62,521 bases of DNA from a virus (Duplodnaviria; Caudoviricetes). Below the pieces are notes generated by a model. That model searched no databases. It saw only the letters and a list, made by a program, of their open reading frames with translations, and was not told where the DNA came from. The translations under genes were made by a program, and so were the position numbers. This document shows positions 35,727-45,510 of this stretch, one piece after another (the first letter of the stretch is position 1; every line of letters begins with the position of its first letter). Where the stretch lies: positions 1 to 62,521 of IMG/VR virus record IMGVR_UViG_3300044691_000265. The stretch is one strand, 5' to 3'.

Positions 35727-36502
35727 CAGGTGTAGCCCTGGACGGCGACCCGGTACGTCCCACCGGTCGGCGTCAGCGTGCCACTCGTGGCATTCGTCGC
35801 CCGGACCGAGACCACGCCGGCCGCCGAGACCCGGCCATCGAGCAGGATGCCAGCCGCGACGGACGCCGGCCGCCCGAGCGTGACGATGTCATTGATCGCG
35901 GCGCCGACGACGGCGATCGTCTGATCTTGGCTGGCACCGGCCGCCACGACGCTCCATGTCAGGCTCGCGGTCGTCGAAATCTGGCGCGTGATCGGCGTCC
36001 CGGTGCCGATCTGGATCGACGCGCCGCTGAGCTTGCCGGTGAAGGCGGCAGTCGAGCCGGCCAAGGGTCCGGTGAGCGTACCGCCCGTCAATAGCAGAAA
36101 CGTGCCAGTACCGCCGGCCGGGCCGGTCTGCAGGTGAAAGCCGCCCGCACCTGCGTTTAGCGCCGCGTCATAGATCAGCGTGATCAGGTTGCCGATGATG
36201 ATCTCGCTGCCGGCCAGAGCGACCGGCCCGGCCGGCGAGTCCTTGTAGACCGACAGGGCCGCCAGACTGCCGAGCCGTGCCGTGGTCGCCCCGGTATTGG
36301 TCGCGACCGCGACGGCCGAGAACGGCATGTAATTGACGTAGGCCGCAACGGTTGGGGCGTTCCCGACCGGGCCGAGCGTGAGCGCATTGGTGCCGGTGAC
36401 CGTGCAGGGGATGGCGACAAAGGCGCCGAGCGCCGCAAAGTCAGCGTCGAGCTGCGGCGTCGTGACCGTGGTCGCGTTGGCGAAGATGAACGGCAGCGGC
36501 AT
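35726..36502 (-). CDS. Short tail-fibre/appendage-like protein
   Basis: FIFANAT...QLDADF N-terminus; LLLTGGTLTGPL. Confidence 0.6.
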   Translation of the reverse strand: MPLPFIFANATTVTTPQLDADFAALGAFVAIPCTVTGTNALTLGPVGNAPTVAAYVNYMPFSAVAVATNTGATTARLGSLAALSVYKDSPAGPVALAGSEIIIGNLITLIYDAALNAGAGGFHLQTGPAGGTGTFLLLTGGTLTGPLAGSTAAFTGKLSGASIQIGTGTPITRQISTTASLTWSVVAAGASQDQTIAVVGAAINDIVTLGRPASVAAGILLDGRVSAAGVVSVRATNATSGTLTPTGGTYRVAVQGYT

Positions 36503-36503
36503 A

Positions 36504-38564
36504 TCAGCCCCTATATCCCCAAGCTTGGTTTTCCAGGATCGCGGAAATCAGCGCCATGTCGGCGGCATTGGTCGTGATCGTCAGGCCATTGAGCACGCCG
36601 TTCTGACCGACCGCCGTCGGCGGGAACACGACAATGCCGGTCGCCCCGCCGCCGCTCGTGCCGGCGAGCACGACATGCGCGTTGCTGGCATTCAGAAACA
36701 CGACCGAGACATTTGACACGTTGACGAACGCAATCGCGCCAGGGACGAGCGTGATCGTGTATTGTGCGGATGTATTCTCGTCATCGACGCCAACGGTCAA
36801 TTGCGGGCTCAGCGAACTATAGTAATAGGCTAGACCCCAGATGCGGTTGGCCGTCTTGCTCACCAGATAAGAGCCGGGAGTGTCCCATAGTTTCGACTGG
36901 ACGCGCTTGGTGAAGCCGACCGCCGGCTGCTGAAACAAGGGATAGATCGATGTGCCATCGGTGCCGTAAGCGGTCAGCACCGAATTGATTTCTTGGCTGG
37001 CAACATAGATCAGCGGCACATCCTGTTGCGAACTCCACCAATTTTTGCCATTCCACATGAACAGCTTGTTCACCTGCTGGTTTGTCACGACGTCGATCAC
37101 CGGCAGCAGCACCATATAGACGCGCTTGCCATAGATGATCGCCTTGGCCGCCGACGGGACGAACCCGCCAAAATTCGGCACGCTGTTGTAGACGCCGTCC
37201 AATGCCTCGGAAATCTTGGTGACCGCGCCGCCATAGGACACATGCACACCGAACGCGTTGGCGAACACGATATTTCGGCTGAATACCTGCACCGTCGGAC
37301 CATAAGGCGTGCCGATCTCCGGGTCGGCGTTTTGGTTGGTGAACGTCGTCGTCACCGGGTTGCCGCTGGTCTGCACACCCGAGATGTAGTTGATCGAACT
37401 GTCGGCGATCAGGTACAGGAACCCGTTGGTCTGGATCAGTTTGGTGAAGCCGACGCGCAGGAACGAATCGTTCGAGTTGAAGCCACCAGCCCCGTCGCCG
37501 ACGTTGAAATCGGTCAGCGATTCGGGCGCGGTGAACTCGATCCGCGCGACGCTGGCGAGCCACAGCCGCGACTGATAGGTCTCGACCGCATTGCCGGACT
37601 GGCCGAACGGCATGAGATCGACCGTCGCTTGCGCCACGATGTTATTGGGATCGGTGATGAACACCGTCGGCGGATCGCTCGACGAATAGCCCTGGCCAGG
37701 GGCCGTGACGCTGAGCCCCGTGCCGACACCCCCGGTAAGGGTCACCACGCCACCAGATCCACCGCCGCCGATTAGCGTCACGGTGGCTGTGCTGGTATAG
37801 CCGGCACCGGGATCGGTCAGTGTCGCGCTGCTGATCGTGCCGCCCGTGACGGTGACGATGCCCGTCGCCGTCCGGGCAGTGTTGCCGCCGGAAAACGCCA
37901 GAACGACCTGGTCGATCGAGCTATAGCCACTGCCGGGGTTGGTGACCGTGATCGCATTGATCGCGCCATTGTCGACGGTCGCAAGGAACGTAGCGCCAGT
38001 GCCGGAACCACCAACGGCGGTCACTGTCGGCACCGACGTGTAATCGAGCCCACCGTTCAGGATCGTGATGTCCGGGCCGAGCGACCCCGATGCGAACAAG
38101 GTGGTGCCGTCCCAGATGAACAGACCGTTCGTCTGCTTGGCGATGATGGCGATGTACTTGCTGCCCCATTGCGTCATGTCGACCGATGTGACGCTCGGGT
38201 CAACGATCGTGCTGGGTCCGCCGATGATCGTGGTGTTGCTCGTCGTCGTATTGACCGCCAGCAACGCGCCATTGCTCAGCAGCACAATCATGTAGGGCGT
38301 GGCCGCTATATTGCCGAAATTGAACCAGACGACCCTGCTTGTCGGATCTGTGTCATTGAAGATCGATGGTCCGACGCCAGGCAAGGTGCGCAGATTGTTT
38401 TTCCCGAGCGGCATGAATCCATCGCACCAGTACATTTCCTCGTCTTTGATGCCCGGCCGGCTCGCATCGGTGTTGATGCCGACGAAGGTATCGAACACGA
38501 TCGGGTGCGTGCCTTGTGGCAGATAGGGGTTCTCCGGCGTGCCTTCCGGCTTCGTCGCGTCCAT
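36504..38564 (-). CDS. Tail nozzle / DNA-stabilisation protein
   Basis: Beta-rich 686-aa protein after the adaptor genes; GxGY repeat insert. Confidence 0.6.
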   Translation of the reverse strand: MDATKPEGTPENPYLPQGTHPIVFDTFVGINTDASRPGIKDEEMYWCDGFMPLGKNNLRTLPGVGPSIFNDTDPTSRVVWFNFGNIAATPYMIVLLSNGALLAVNTTTSNTTIIGGPSTIVDPSVTSVDMTQWGSKYIAIIAKQTNGLFIWDGTTLFASGSLGPDITILNGGLDYTSVPTVTAVGGSGTGATFLATVDNGAINAITVTNPGSGYSSIDQVVLAFSGGNTARTATGIVTVTGGTISSATLTDPGAGYTSTATVTLIGGGGSGGVVTLTGGVGTGLSVTAPGQGYSSSDPPTVFITDPNNIVAQATVDLMPFGQSGNAVETYQSRLWLASVARIEFTAPESLTDFNVGDGAGGFNSNDSFLRVGFTKLIQTNGFLYLIADSSINYISGVQTSGNPVTTTFTNQNADPEIGTPYGPTVQVFSRNIVFANAFGVHVSYGGAVTKISEALDGVYNSVPNFGGFVPSAAKAIIYGKRVYMVLLPVIDVVTNQQVNKLFMWNGKNWWSSQQDVPLIYVASQEINSVLTAYGTDGTSIYPLFQQPAVGFTKRVQSKLWDTPGSYLVSKTANRIWGLAYYYSSLSPQLTVGVDDENTSAQYTITLVPGAIAFVNVSNVSVVFLNASNAHVVLAGTSGGGATGIVVFPPTAVGQNGVLNGLTITTNAADMALISAILENQAWGYRG

Positions 38565-38567
38565 CGC

Positions 38568-39494
38568 CTACCACCGACCGTAGGGGTTCGTCGGGCGTCC
38601 CGGTCGCGCATAGGTGCTGTATCGGTGAACAAACTGGTCGAAGAGTTCGAGGTAACCCCTTGCGCTATTCCAGTTTTGCATCTCCAACATCGCCAAGTGA
38701 GCGGCGAAATACGGCACGCCTTCGGTCCAGGGTTGCGGCAAAGCCTCGACGTCCTGATCGGTCGTCAGGTCCAGCGGCAAACAGAAGCAATCCCACTCGA
38801 TCTGGTAAGCCTGCGACGGCAGCGGATAGAGGAAAAACGAGCCGTTCGTACCTTGCCCAAACTGTGCACAGAACGTCGGAACCCACTGATATTGAAACGG
38901 ATATTGCCGGATCATCGCCTGATACGTGCTGAACGAGTAGCACGGCAGCGAATAGCGGTAATTCGCATAGATGATCGAGACTGACTTGATCATGTAGATC
39001 GCGCCGACGCCGGGAAACGGGCTGAGATCGACCTGGCTGAACGGGTAGACTTCCTGCCCTTCGCTGATCTGGTTGACGCCGGCCACGCGCACGGTCGCGG
39101 TCGCCCCCTTACCGTGCGGATCATTGATCGTCACCAGCGGCTCGAAATAGCCGTAGCCGCCGAAAGTCAGGTTGATGCCGGCGACCGTGCCGCCGATCTG
39201 GGTGGCAATCGCCGTCGCCTGCGCGCCATTCGGGAACGGCAGGTTGCCGCTCGGAAAGTCGGGCGGCGTGATCGTCACGGTCGGCGCGGTATAGCCGGTG
39301 CCGGGATTGGTGACGTCGATCTCGATCACGCTACCGGAGATCGGCGTCAGCACGCGCAGGCATTGGGCGCGCATCGCCACTTCACGCCTCGAACGATTGA
39401 CATAGTCGATCAGGTCGCCCGGATTGATCATCTCCTGGCGCGCATCGTGGATCATGCGCTCCGTCTGTTTCATATAGTCGAACAGCGCGGGCAT
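38568..39494 (-). CDS. Head-tail adaptor (paralogue 2, with GxGY insert)
   Basis: Aligns by eye with 39494-40225. Confidence 0.6.
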   Translation of the reverse strand: MPALFDYMKQTERMIHDARQEMINPGDLIDYVNRSRREVAMRAQCLRVLTPISGSVIEIDVTNPGTGYTAPTVTITPPDFPSGNLPFPNGAQATAIATQIGGTVAGINLTFGGYGYFEPLVTINDPHGKGATATVRVAGVNQISEGQEVYPFSQVDLSPFPGVGAIYMIKSVSIIYANYRYSLPCYSFSTYQAMIRQYPFQYQWVPTFCAQFGQGTNGSFFLYPLPSQAYQIEWDCFCLPLDLTTDQDVEALPQPWTEGVPYFAAHLAMLEMQNWNSARGYLELFDQFVHRYSTYARPGRPTNPYGRW

Positions 39495-40225
39495 CAGCCT
39501 TGCCCCCCGCCGCCACCGGCCGGCTGCTCACCGAGCTTGTTCGCGCGCACCGGGTCACCCACTTGCGGATAAATGTAGGGCATCACGACCGGGTTCGAGA
39601 ACCGGCGGGCGCGGTTGCGATATTCCTCATAGCGCGCGAACATTCGGTCGGCATCGGCCTGGCGTGCGGCCGACTGCGCCGACAGCAGCGCGTAATAGGC
39701 CGCCAGGAACGGGACCGCGTCGGTCCAGGGAAACGGGATCGCTTCGACCGTGGTGTCATCGAGCAGATCGATCGGATAGCACAGTGTGTCGAGCTGCAGC
39801 ACATAGGCCGCGTCCGGCACCGGACTGACGAAGATGCTGCCGGCGACGCCCTGCGCGAACTGCGACCAGACCTTCGGCTGACCCTGCTGCGGTACCGGAT
39901 TGTTCAGTTCATATAGCGAGAACCACTCAAACGGGCGCGGACGCATCCAGGCTTGGCCCGACGCGATCTGCAGCCAGCTCGTGCGGACATTGAGCACGCC
40001 ACGCACCCCGACGGCCGACGCAAGGTTGATCGCCGAGAACGGATATTGCTGTGTACCGAGCGTGACCGGCAGCGTCGTGTAGATCCGGATGCACTCGGCG
40101 TCGCCCGCCATCTGACCGCGGGCGAGGTTGATATACTCGGTCAGATCCGACGCGGAATAAAGACTGTTCGGCGCCCCTGGATTCTGCAGAAGCTGCTCGG
40201 TCCGGGTCAGGTAACTTGCCAGCAT
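39494..40225 (-). CDS. Head-tail adaptor (paralogue 1)
   Basis: DLTEYINLAR...QYPF...PVPDAAY...IPFPWTDAVPFLAAYYA. Confidence 0.6.
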   Translation of the reverse strand: MLASYLTRTEQLLQNPGAPNSLYSASDLTEYINLARGQMAGDAECIRIYTTLPVTLGTQQYPFSAINLASAVGVRGVLNVRTSWLQIASGQAWMRPRPFEWFSLYELNNPVPQQGQPKVWSQFAQGVAGSIFVSPVPDAAYVLQLDTLCYPIDLLDDTTVEAIPFPWTDAVPFLAAYYALLSAQSAARQADADRMFARYEEYRNRARRFSNPVVMPYIYPQVGDPVRANKLGEQPAGGGGGQG

Positions 40226-40258
40226 GGCGCTGTTTCACCCTCCCGGCGAGACGGGCGA

Positions 40259-41404
40259 TCAGGGCGCCGGCTGCAGGACGATCAGGTCCGGCGTCGAGCC
40301 CATGGTCAGCGTCACGGTCGCCGCCGTGGTCGGTGCCGACAGGCCGGAGACGACGATCGGCGTCGGCGTGCCGAGGAACAGGCCGCCGTCGTAGATCGCC
40401 GCGACCGAGGTCAGGGCTCCGGCCGTCTGCGCCAGCCCGATCTGGGCCGGACGCGGGCGCCAGGCGAGGCCGAGCTTGGCCGGCGTGGCGTTGGTCGTGG
40501 ATGCGGTCGGCACGCCGCCGAGCGTGGTCAGCAGCGCGTTGGCCGCGCCGAAGCCGGCACCGCCGGCCGTCACCGAGGCCGCAGTCACCGTCTGCATCAC
40601 GATCGCCGACAGGGTCGCCCCCGTGCCGGCACCGGCCGCAGTCAGCGAGAAGGTCGAGATCGAGGCGAGCGGCGCGCCGTTGTTGGTGCACAGCACCCCG
40701 GTGATGACGCCCGTACCGAAGGTCGCCAGCACGACCGTCGCGGCGGTGATGCCCGAATTGATGTTCGGGTCGGTCGGGTTCGGCAGGAGCGTCGCCGTCG
40801 GCGCGGAGGCATAGCCGGCGCCCGCGTTCGTGAAAGACACCGCGCTGACCGTGCCGTTGGCGATGGTGGCATAGGCCGAGGCCGCGATGCCGCCGATGCC
40901 GTTCGCGTTCGAACTGGGACCGGCCGGCGCCGGGATGAGCACAAGCGGGGCGACACCATAGCCGGTGCCGGCGTTCGAGATCGTGCTGACCGACAGCGCG
41001 CCACCGACGATCGGCGACCAGGTCGAGTTGCCGGCGCTGGCCGCCACAGTGGTGGTCGACTGGACGTAGTTCGTGCCGCCGCCGGTCACTTCGGCGCCGA
41101 CCGGACAGCCGGTCAGGTTGGCCAGGCGAGTATTGAACCCATCCGACTTGATGAAGCGCGGGCCGTCGGACCAGCCGGCGGTCGACGAGAACGCCCAGGT
41201 GCCGTTGACCGGGTCGACATACTGCGCGACACAATACGACCCGCCGCCGACATACCAATCACCGGACGGCAGCGGGATCGTGTCGCCGGGCGCCAGTGCC
41301 AGACGGTTGCTGCTGAAATCATACGGCGCGCTGAACAGTTCCGTCGGATACAGGTACTGAGCAAGCGGAAGCCCAATTCCGGGGCCGCTAAGCGGTTGGG
41401 GCAT
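40259..41404 (-). CDS. Virion structural / decoration protein
   Basis: Follows the major capsid gene; NAGTGY/NAGAGY repeats. Confidence 0.6.
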   Translation of the reverse strand: MPQPLSGPGIGLPLAQYLYPTELFSAPYDFSSNRLALAPGDTIPLPSGDWYVGGGSYCVAQYVDPVNGTWAFSSTAGWSDGPRFIKSDGFNTRLANLTGCPVGAEVTGGGTNYVQSTTTVAASAGNSTWSPIVGGALSVSTISNAGTGYGVAPLVLIPAPAGPSSNANGIGGIAASAYATIANGTVSAVSFTNAGAGYASAPTATLLPNPTDPNINSGITAATVVLATFGTGVITGVLCTNNGAPLASISTFSLTAAGAGTGATLSAIVMQTVTAASVTAGGAGFGAANALLTTLGGVPTASTTNATPAKLGLAWRPRPAQIGLAQTAGALTSVAAIYDGGLFLGTPTPIVVSGLSAPTTAATVTLTMGSTPDLIVLQPAP

Positions 41405-41453
41405 TATACCACTCCTCGAAGATGGGTAGCGCTGCTATTGCAACCGTAGATCA

Positions 41454-42497
41454 TTACCATGAGGCGCCACCGAGCCCGAACCCCCAAAACCCCGAAACGG
41501 ATTTTGCGCTCAGGAAGTCGTATCCGAAGATACAGACGCCCTGCTGACCGATCTGGCCGAGCGGAACCAAAGAATAGAAGCCGGAAAAGTCGAAGAACGC
41601 ATCCTCGCTGACATAGAGGTTACTGTACTTGACGTTGCACCCGAAGATATTCCCCTTGGGTACGAAGTGATCGGCGAAGATCGGCACGCCGGATACATTC
41701 AGATTCGGGAAGGACGACCGGGCCGAACTGTTGATGTCGTACTTACTGGCGTTGCCCGGCGTGACGAACTGCTGCTCGTTGCCGATGAAGTCGCCGTTGA
41801 GCGTGGCGTGATCGGCCGGGTTCATGACGACGAAGGTCGGGGACTCACCGCCGGCATTGTCGGTCACATATTCGAGGAACGCCGCCATCGCCTTGCGGGT
41901 GAAGCCGCTCGACCCGAGCGACCAGGGTGCGGCGCCGAGATTGATGTACTGGCCTTGGAACGCTTGGTTGCCGGCCGCGAGGCGGTTGATGCCGCCGTAG
42001 CTCGGGACGTTCGTGCCATTGTCGAACGCGTCGATGAACGAGTTCGGATAGAGCGAATTACCAGAATTGTTGGTGAACAGCAGCCGCGCCACGTTCTGCC
42101 GGGTGACGGCATAGGCGTCGTTCATGCGGGCCTTCAGCACGCTGATCTCGCGATCGGTCGCCTGGGTAACCGTTTCGCCGAACGGCAGCGGGATCGGCAC
42201 AACCCAATAAGCCAGATTGAACTGGCCGTTCTGGATGCCGGGAATGATGTTCGGCGAGTTGAAGCCGCCGCCGTAGCCGGTGAACTGGCCCTGGACCATC
42301 GACTGGCCCTGCATCGGGATGGTGACCTGGTTCAAGCCGCCGGCCGCGCGCTGGGCACCACCCATCAGGTAGTAAAGCGTCGGAGATGCGAAATACATCT
42401 GCACGAACAGCTTCGGAACGAAGGCGCGTCGAGTAACAGCAGTTAGCTCATTGTAGAGCCCCCCAGTCGGCGCAACTCCAAGTCCAGGAATAGGCAA
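41454..42497 (-). CDS. Major capsid protein
   Basis: 347 aa; ELTAVTRRAFVPKLFVQMY, YGGINR; strong GGAGG RBS, TTG start; follows the scaffold gene. Confidence 0.8.
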   Translation of the reverse strand: MPIPGLGVAPTGGLYNELTAVTRRAFVPKLFVQMYFASPTLYYLMGGAQRAAGGLNQVTIPMQGQSMVQGQFTGYGGGFNSPNIIPGIQNGQFNLAYWVVPIPLPFGETVTQATDREISVLKARMNDAYAVTRQNVARLLFTNNSGNSLYPNSFIDAFDNGTNVPSYGGINRLAAGNQAFQGQYINLGAAPWSLGSSGFTRKAMAAFLEYVTDNAGGESPTFVVMNPADHATLNGDFIGNEQQFVTPGNASKYDINSSARSSFPNLNVSGVPIFADHFVPKGNIFGCNVKYSNLYVSEDAFFDFSGFYSLVPLGQIGQQGVCIFGYDFLSAKSVSGFWGFGLGGASW

Positions 42498-42509
42498 ATT
42501 GACCTCCTA

Positions 42510-43109
42510 CTAGATCAGCGCAGCGATGCCTGACACCGCTTGAGAAGGGGTGAATGGGCAGATGTCGATTCCGTATTGCTTGAGAAACGACAGGCTGAAG
42601 CTGATCTTGTCTTGAACGCGCTGACCCGACGGGTGCTGCTTATTCCAAAGCTCAAGATTTTCCGGCGCATTGTCGAGGCGAACGCCATTCAGGTGATGGA
42701 CGGTCTCTTGCGCCAGAAGCGGGCGGCCGATCATCTTTTCCATGACCAGGCGGTGTTCCGGGACGTAGCGTTCACCGACGCGGCGAAGGCGATAGCCGTT
42801 CTTGTCGATCACGCCGTCGGGGTAGGTTTGCGCTGCGTCAGCGCATCCCTTCGAGCAGAACTTGGTCGTGTAATCGAAACTGCCGTGCGCCATGCGCCGC
42901 CGAGCAACGACCTTATGGCAGTGTTCACACTCGTGCGTCGGCGTCGGGATGCGCTGTTGCGCGTGGTAGCAAGCCGCCGAACAGAAGCGACGAGCCGCAC
43001 CCTTCCGAGCCTCGTAGGCTTTCGCCTGGCTACCATGGATCGCGAATGTCACGGAGCAGCGCTCACAGGACATCTCGATCTTGGGAAGAGCGCGGTGGTT
43101 GCGCATCAC
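42510..43109 (-). CDS. HNH homing endonuclease with zinc-finger repeats
   Basis: CxxC...FCSxxC repeats; EHRLVME...VHHLNGVRLDNAPENL. Confidence 0.9.
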   Translation of the reverse strand: MMRNHRALPKIEMSCERCSVTFAIHGSQAKAYEARKGAARRFCSAACYHAQQRIPTPTHECEHCHKVVARRRMAHGSFDYTTKFCSKGCADAAQTYPDGVIDKNGYRLRRVGERYVPEHRLVMEKMIGRPLLAQETVHHLNGVRLDNAPENLELWNKQHPSGQRVQDKISFSLSFLKQYGIDICPFTPSQAVSGIAALI

Positions 43110-43699
43110 CGACGCGAGCCGCCGCGGAAATCGTTGAGAGATTTATTGATGAGCACGTTGAGCGAGCGGTCGTCGTCGCCCTTGGCTTCCATCAGGCGCT
43201 GGCGCTCGGCCTCGTCGCTGTCGGTCTCCGTGTCGTCGAACAGGTTCCAGCCGCCCGAACCACGGGGCTGAGCCGGTTCCGGTGGCGGATTGAGGCGATC
43301 GAACAGGGCGGCGGCGGCTTCGAGATCGGGCAGCCCGCGCTCTTCGGCGAACTTCTCGACCGCGTCGATGCCCTGGTCGGTGTAGCCGGCCCTGGCCAGG
43401 CTGGACCGCTGACGGCCCCAGTTATCGGCGAATTCCTTGACCTTCTTGTCGGCCGCGGCCTGTTCCTTCTCGGCCTCGCGTTCGGCCTTCTCGGCGGCGA
43501 ACTCGGACCGGATCTTCTCGACTTCGCTCATGACCTCGGTCTTGGCGTCGAGTTCCGGAATGACGGCGTTCGGATTGACCTTCTTGGTCGCCTGATGCAC
43601 GAGCCGGCGCGCTTCCGGATGGGCCAGCATCGCCTGGTACAGCGTGGTCAACTGCTGCTGCGCGGCGTACTGCTGCTCGTCGATCTCGCGCGTGGCCAT
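43106..43699 (-). CDS. Putative scaffolding protein
   Basis: Charged coiled-coil protein upstream of the capsid gene. Confidence 0.6.
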   Translation of the reverse strand: MATREIDEQQYAAQQQLTTLYQAMLAHPEARRLVHQATKKVNPNAVIPELDAKTEVMSEVEKIRSEFAAEKAEREAEKEQAAADKKVKEFADNWGRQRSSLARAGYTDQGIDAVEKFAEERGLPDLEAAAALFDRLNPPPEPAQPRGSGGWNLFDDTETDSDEAERQRLMEAKGDDDRSLNVLINKSLNDFRGGSRR

Positions 43700-43701
43700 G
43701 A

Positions 43702-43881
43702 TTACTTCGAGCCCCCGTTGGGCACATGGCGGATCGACAGGTCAGGCGACTTGGGCGACCCGGCCGGCAGGCTCGACTTGCGACCACCGATATCGATCTG
43801 CTCCATGTCGACGCGCACGATCTGGGCGTCGGCCTTCATGGGGAGAGACTTCGTAGCGTCCTGAAATAGGTTGCTGGCCAT
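43702..43881 (-). CDS. Small hypothetical protein (59 aa; not in ORF track)
   Basis: MASNLFQDATKSLPMKADAQIVRVD...; AGGA RBS. Confidence 0.65.
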   Translation of the reverse strand: MASNLFQDATKSLPMKADAQIVRVDMEQIDIGGRKSSLPAGSPKSPDLSIRHVPNGGSK

Positions 43882-43890
43882 GATGAATTC

Positions 43891-44304
43891 CTATTGTCCG
43901 GGGGGCGGTTGAGGGGCGCCGCCTGATGGCGGGCCGGAGGCCGGGGGCTGCGCCGCCTGGGCGCGCATGGCCTGCATCTGCGGACCGGCCTGCTGTTGCC
44001 GCAGCATCATCTGCTGCATGGCGTTGTTCTGGCCGGCGGGACCGACGGCGCCGGGCGGCACGAACTTGACGAGCTTTCGGATCGCCTCGCCCAATGCCAT
44101 ACCCGGCTCCGATGCGGCGCCAACGAGCGGCATCGTCTCCGACATGAGCTTGACGATCAGCGACAGCCTCTGAAGGCCGGCAACCTCTTGTCCGCGGTTC
44201 TGTGTCGGACCCGTCGCTGGGGAGGAACCAAACGGCGGCTGACCCGTGCCGGGACCGGCAGAAGCGGGAGGTTGACCTGGGACTGATGGCTGAGCGGCGC
44301 TCAT
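43891..44304 (-). CDS. Pro/Gln-rich head-region protein
   Basis: 137-aa ORF in the head operon. Confidence 0.65.
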   Translation of the reverse strand: MSAAQPSVPGQPPASAGPGTGQPPFGSSPATGPTQNRGQEVAGLQRLSLIVKLMSETMPLVGAASEPGMALGEAIRKLVKFVPPGAVGPAGQNNAMQQMMLRQQQAGPQMQAMRAQAAQPPASGPPSGGAPQPPPGQ

Positions 44305-44315
44305 GTCAGCGGCGG

Positions 44316-44363
44316 CTAGTGCTTGCGGCCCTTACGGCCCTTGCGACGCAGACGCTTGTCCAT
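44316..44363 (-). CDS. 15-aa basic micropeptide MDKRLRRKGRKGRKH
   Basis: GGAG RBS shortly upstream; first ORF of the head-gene run. Confidence 0.5.
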   Translation of the reverse strand: MDKRLRRKGRKGRKH

Positions 44364-44554
44364 GACTGATCTCCAATCTAGGTTGCGGATACCCCAGGAT
44401 TCCTCGTTTCAACCGCCACCAGAGTCTCAACCGAGACTTGGAAGCAATTTTGCCTGGGCAATCGAACCGTATGGAGGGAGGACTTTGCGACGCTAATTTC
44501 TTGTGCTATTCAATGCACATCGCGTACATGAAATATTTGGCATCCATGGCAAGT

Positions 44555-44737
44555 ATGATCCAGCCACCCGATTACATGACGCCAAAGCAAGCTGCGGCCT
44601 ATCTCGGCATGTCAGTTCAGTGGGTATGGAAGAAGATCAGTTCAGGAGATGGCCCGCCGATCAAACGTCGAGGAAAAAAGATCCTGATGCTTTCTCAGGA
44701 CGTCATCAAGTGGAACGAGAACAAGATCATTCCGTGA
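44555..44737 (+). CDS. HTH_17 / excisionase-like DNA-binding protein
   Basis: YMTPKQAAAYLGMSVQWVWK...GPP; start uncertain. Confidence 0.75.
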   Translation: MIQPPDYMTPKQAAAYLGMSVQWVWKKISSGDGPPIKRRGKKILMLSQDVIKWNENKIIP

Positions 44738-44931
44738 ACAACTTGAAGAATACTCGTGCTTGTCGGCGCGTGCGTCATGTGGACCGAAAAAGCGCCGAAA
44801 TCGCGCAAAAACGGTCGAATTTCCCCGGTTTAACGGTCTACCGGTGCCTCGATTGCAGGGGCTGGCACTTGGCAAAAAAGCGCAAAAACGCCCCGAAAAC
44901 CCTCAAAAAGAGCGAGAACTCAGATGTTTAG
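44734..44931 (+). CDS. Small zinc-finger protein
   Basis: VYRCLDCRGWHL; GTGA coupling. Confidence 0.6.
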   Translation: MNNLKNTRACRRVRHVDRKSAEIAQKRSNFPGLTVYRCLDCRGWHLAKKRKNAPKTLKKSENSDV

Positions 44932-45271
44932 CGCGACGATCATCTTCGGACCGGGCCTGACGCCCTGCACGCTCAACTTCCGCAAGCTCGACGACGCACT
45001 GAAGATCAAGCGCGGGTTTGACGACGCGGTCGAAGCCGAGAACGCCATCCTGCTGATCACCGACGATTTCGGACAGCATGTGTCGATCGCCAGGCCGTTT
45101 CACGCCTGCGTCGTCTCCGATCTCAACGCGCAGATCGAGGCCGACATCGAAAAGGCGCTGGTCGGCGCTCGAACCCAGGCGAAGGCCCAGACCGCGGCCG
45201 GCAACGACCCGGTGCTGCGCCTCGGCATGACGAACGGCGGCATGGGGTATCCGGGGCAGCGGCTCGGCTAG
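44924..45271 (+). CDS. Hypothetical protein
   Basis: 115-aa ORF with GGAG-like upstream sequence. Confidence 0.65.
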   Translation: MFSATIIFGPGLTPCTLNFRKLDDALKIKRGFDDAVEAENAILLITDDFGQHVSIARPFHACVVSDLNAQIEADIEKALVGARTQAKAQTAAGNDPVLRLGMTNGGMGYPGQRLG

Positions 45272-45495
45272 AGGCGGCCGAGGCGCGGCCAGATCCCGCC
45301 GCCGTTGACCGCGTTCAGCAATAGGCTGATGCACAGCAAGGCGATGATCACGATCAGGATGACCTGTGCCACTTGCTGGACGGGCGGCGGCAGCAACGAG
45401 ATGATCGCCCTGCCCGCCCACCAGAGCAGACCCAACACCGCGCAGAACACCAGCAAGTAGAGCAGCACGCCTATGATGCCTCCGGCCGCGAACAT
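45268..45495 (-). CDS. Small membrane protein (two TM helices)
   Basis: Two hydrophobic helices with a PPP loop. Confidence 0.7.
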   Translation of the reverse strand: MFAAGGIIGVLLYLLVFCAVLGLLWWAGRAIISLLPPPVQQVAQVILIVIIALLCISLLLNAVNGGGIWPRLGRL

Positions 45496-45510
45496 CATCG
45501 TTCTCCCTGG

